Positions 56,871 through 56,871 of a stretch of DNA of 56,871 nucleotides are shown in pieces. Made by a program: the position numbers and the translations under genes. Positions within the stretch are counted from its first letter, which is position 1; the number at the start of each line of letters is the position of its first letter. Source of the stretch: Ascoidea asiatica JCM 7603 (Eukaryota; Fungi; Ascomycota). The DNA is taken from NCBI GenBank assembly GCA_001600695.1, contig BCKQ01000019.1, positions 174,309 through 231,179 on the forward strand, written 5' to 3'. A model generated the notes under the pieces. It saw only the letters and a list, made by a program, of their open reading frames with translations. It made no database searches and was not told the DNA's origin.

Positions 56871-56871
56871 A

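Overview
This is an extremely AT-rich budding-yeast (Saccharomycotina-type) nuclear segment. It is intron-poor, has one GTAAGT...TACTAAC...TAG intron, yeast-type tRNAs and a fungal RNase P RNA. The species cannot be named from the sequence alone. Housekeeping-type genes: MRD1, GDA1, ELP2, RGP1, a divergent THI20/THI6 pair, ADH, an ECM3-like transporter, a RING-H2 protein, a spliced RRM gene missed by the ORF track, and RPR1. There are 12 full tRNA genes plus one tRNA relic; a Lys(UUU)/Ala(UGC)/Leu(UAA) triplet recurs about 49 kb apart. Two accessory modules stand out. (1) A plant-cell-wall set at about 16-40 kb: a CBM1-GH45 endoglucanase, two inverted and partly homogenised AA9 LPMOs around a GFA gene, a solo cytochrome b5, and a decaying GH106-like hydrolase/sugar-porter pair. 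(2) A compact cluster of AtuA (DUF1446), a family III CoA-transferase and a bZIP factor, whose shared divergent promoter carries at least 11 bZIP-type sites; this is the best candidate for an undescribed self-contained catabolic system. All assignments come from motif recognition by eye; no searches were run.
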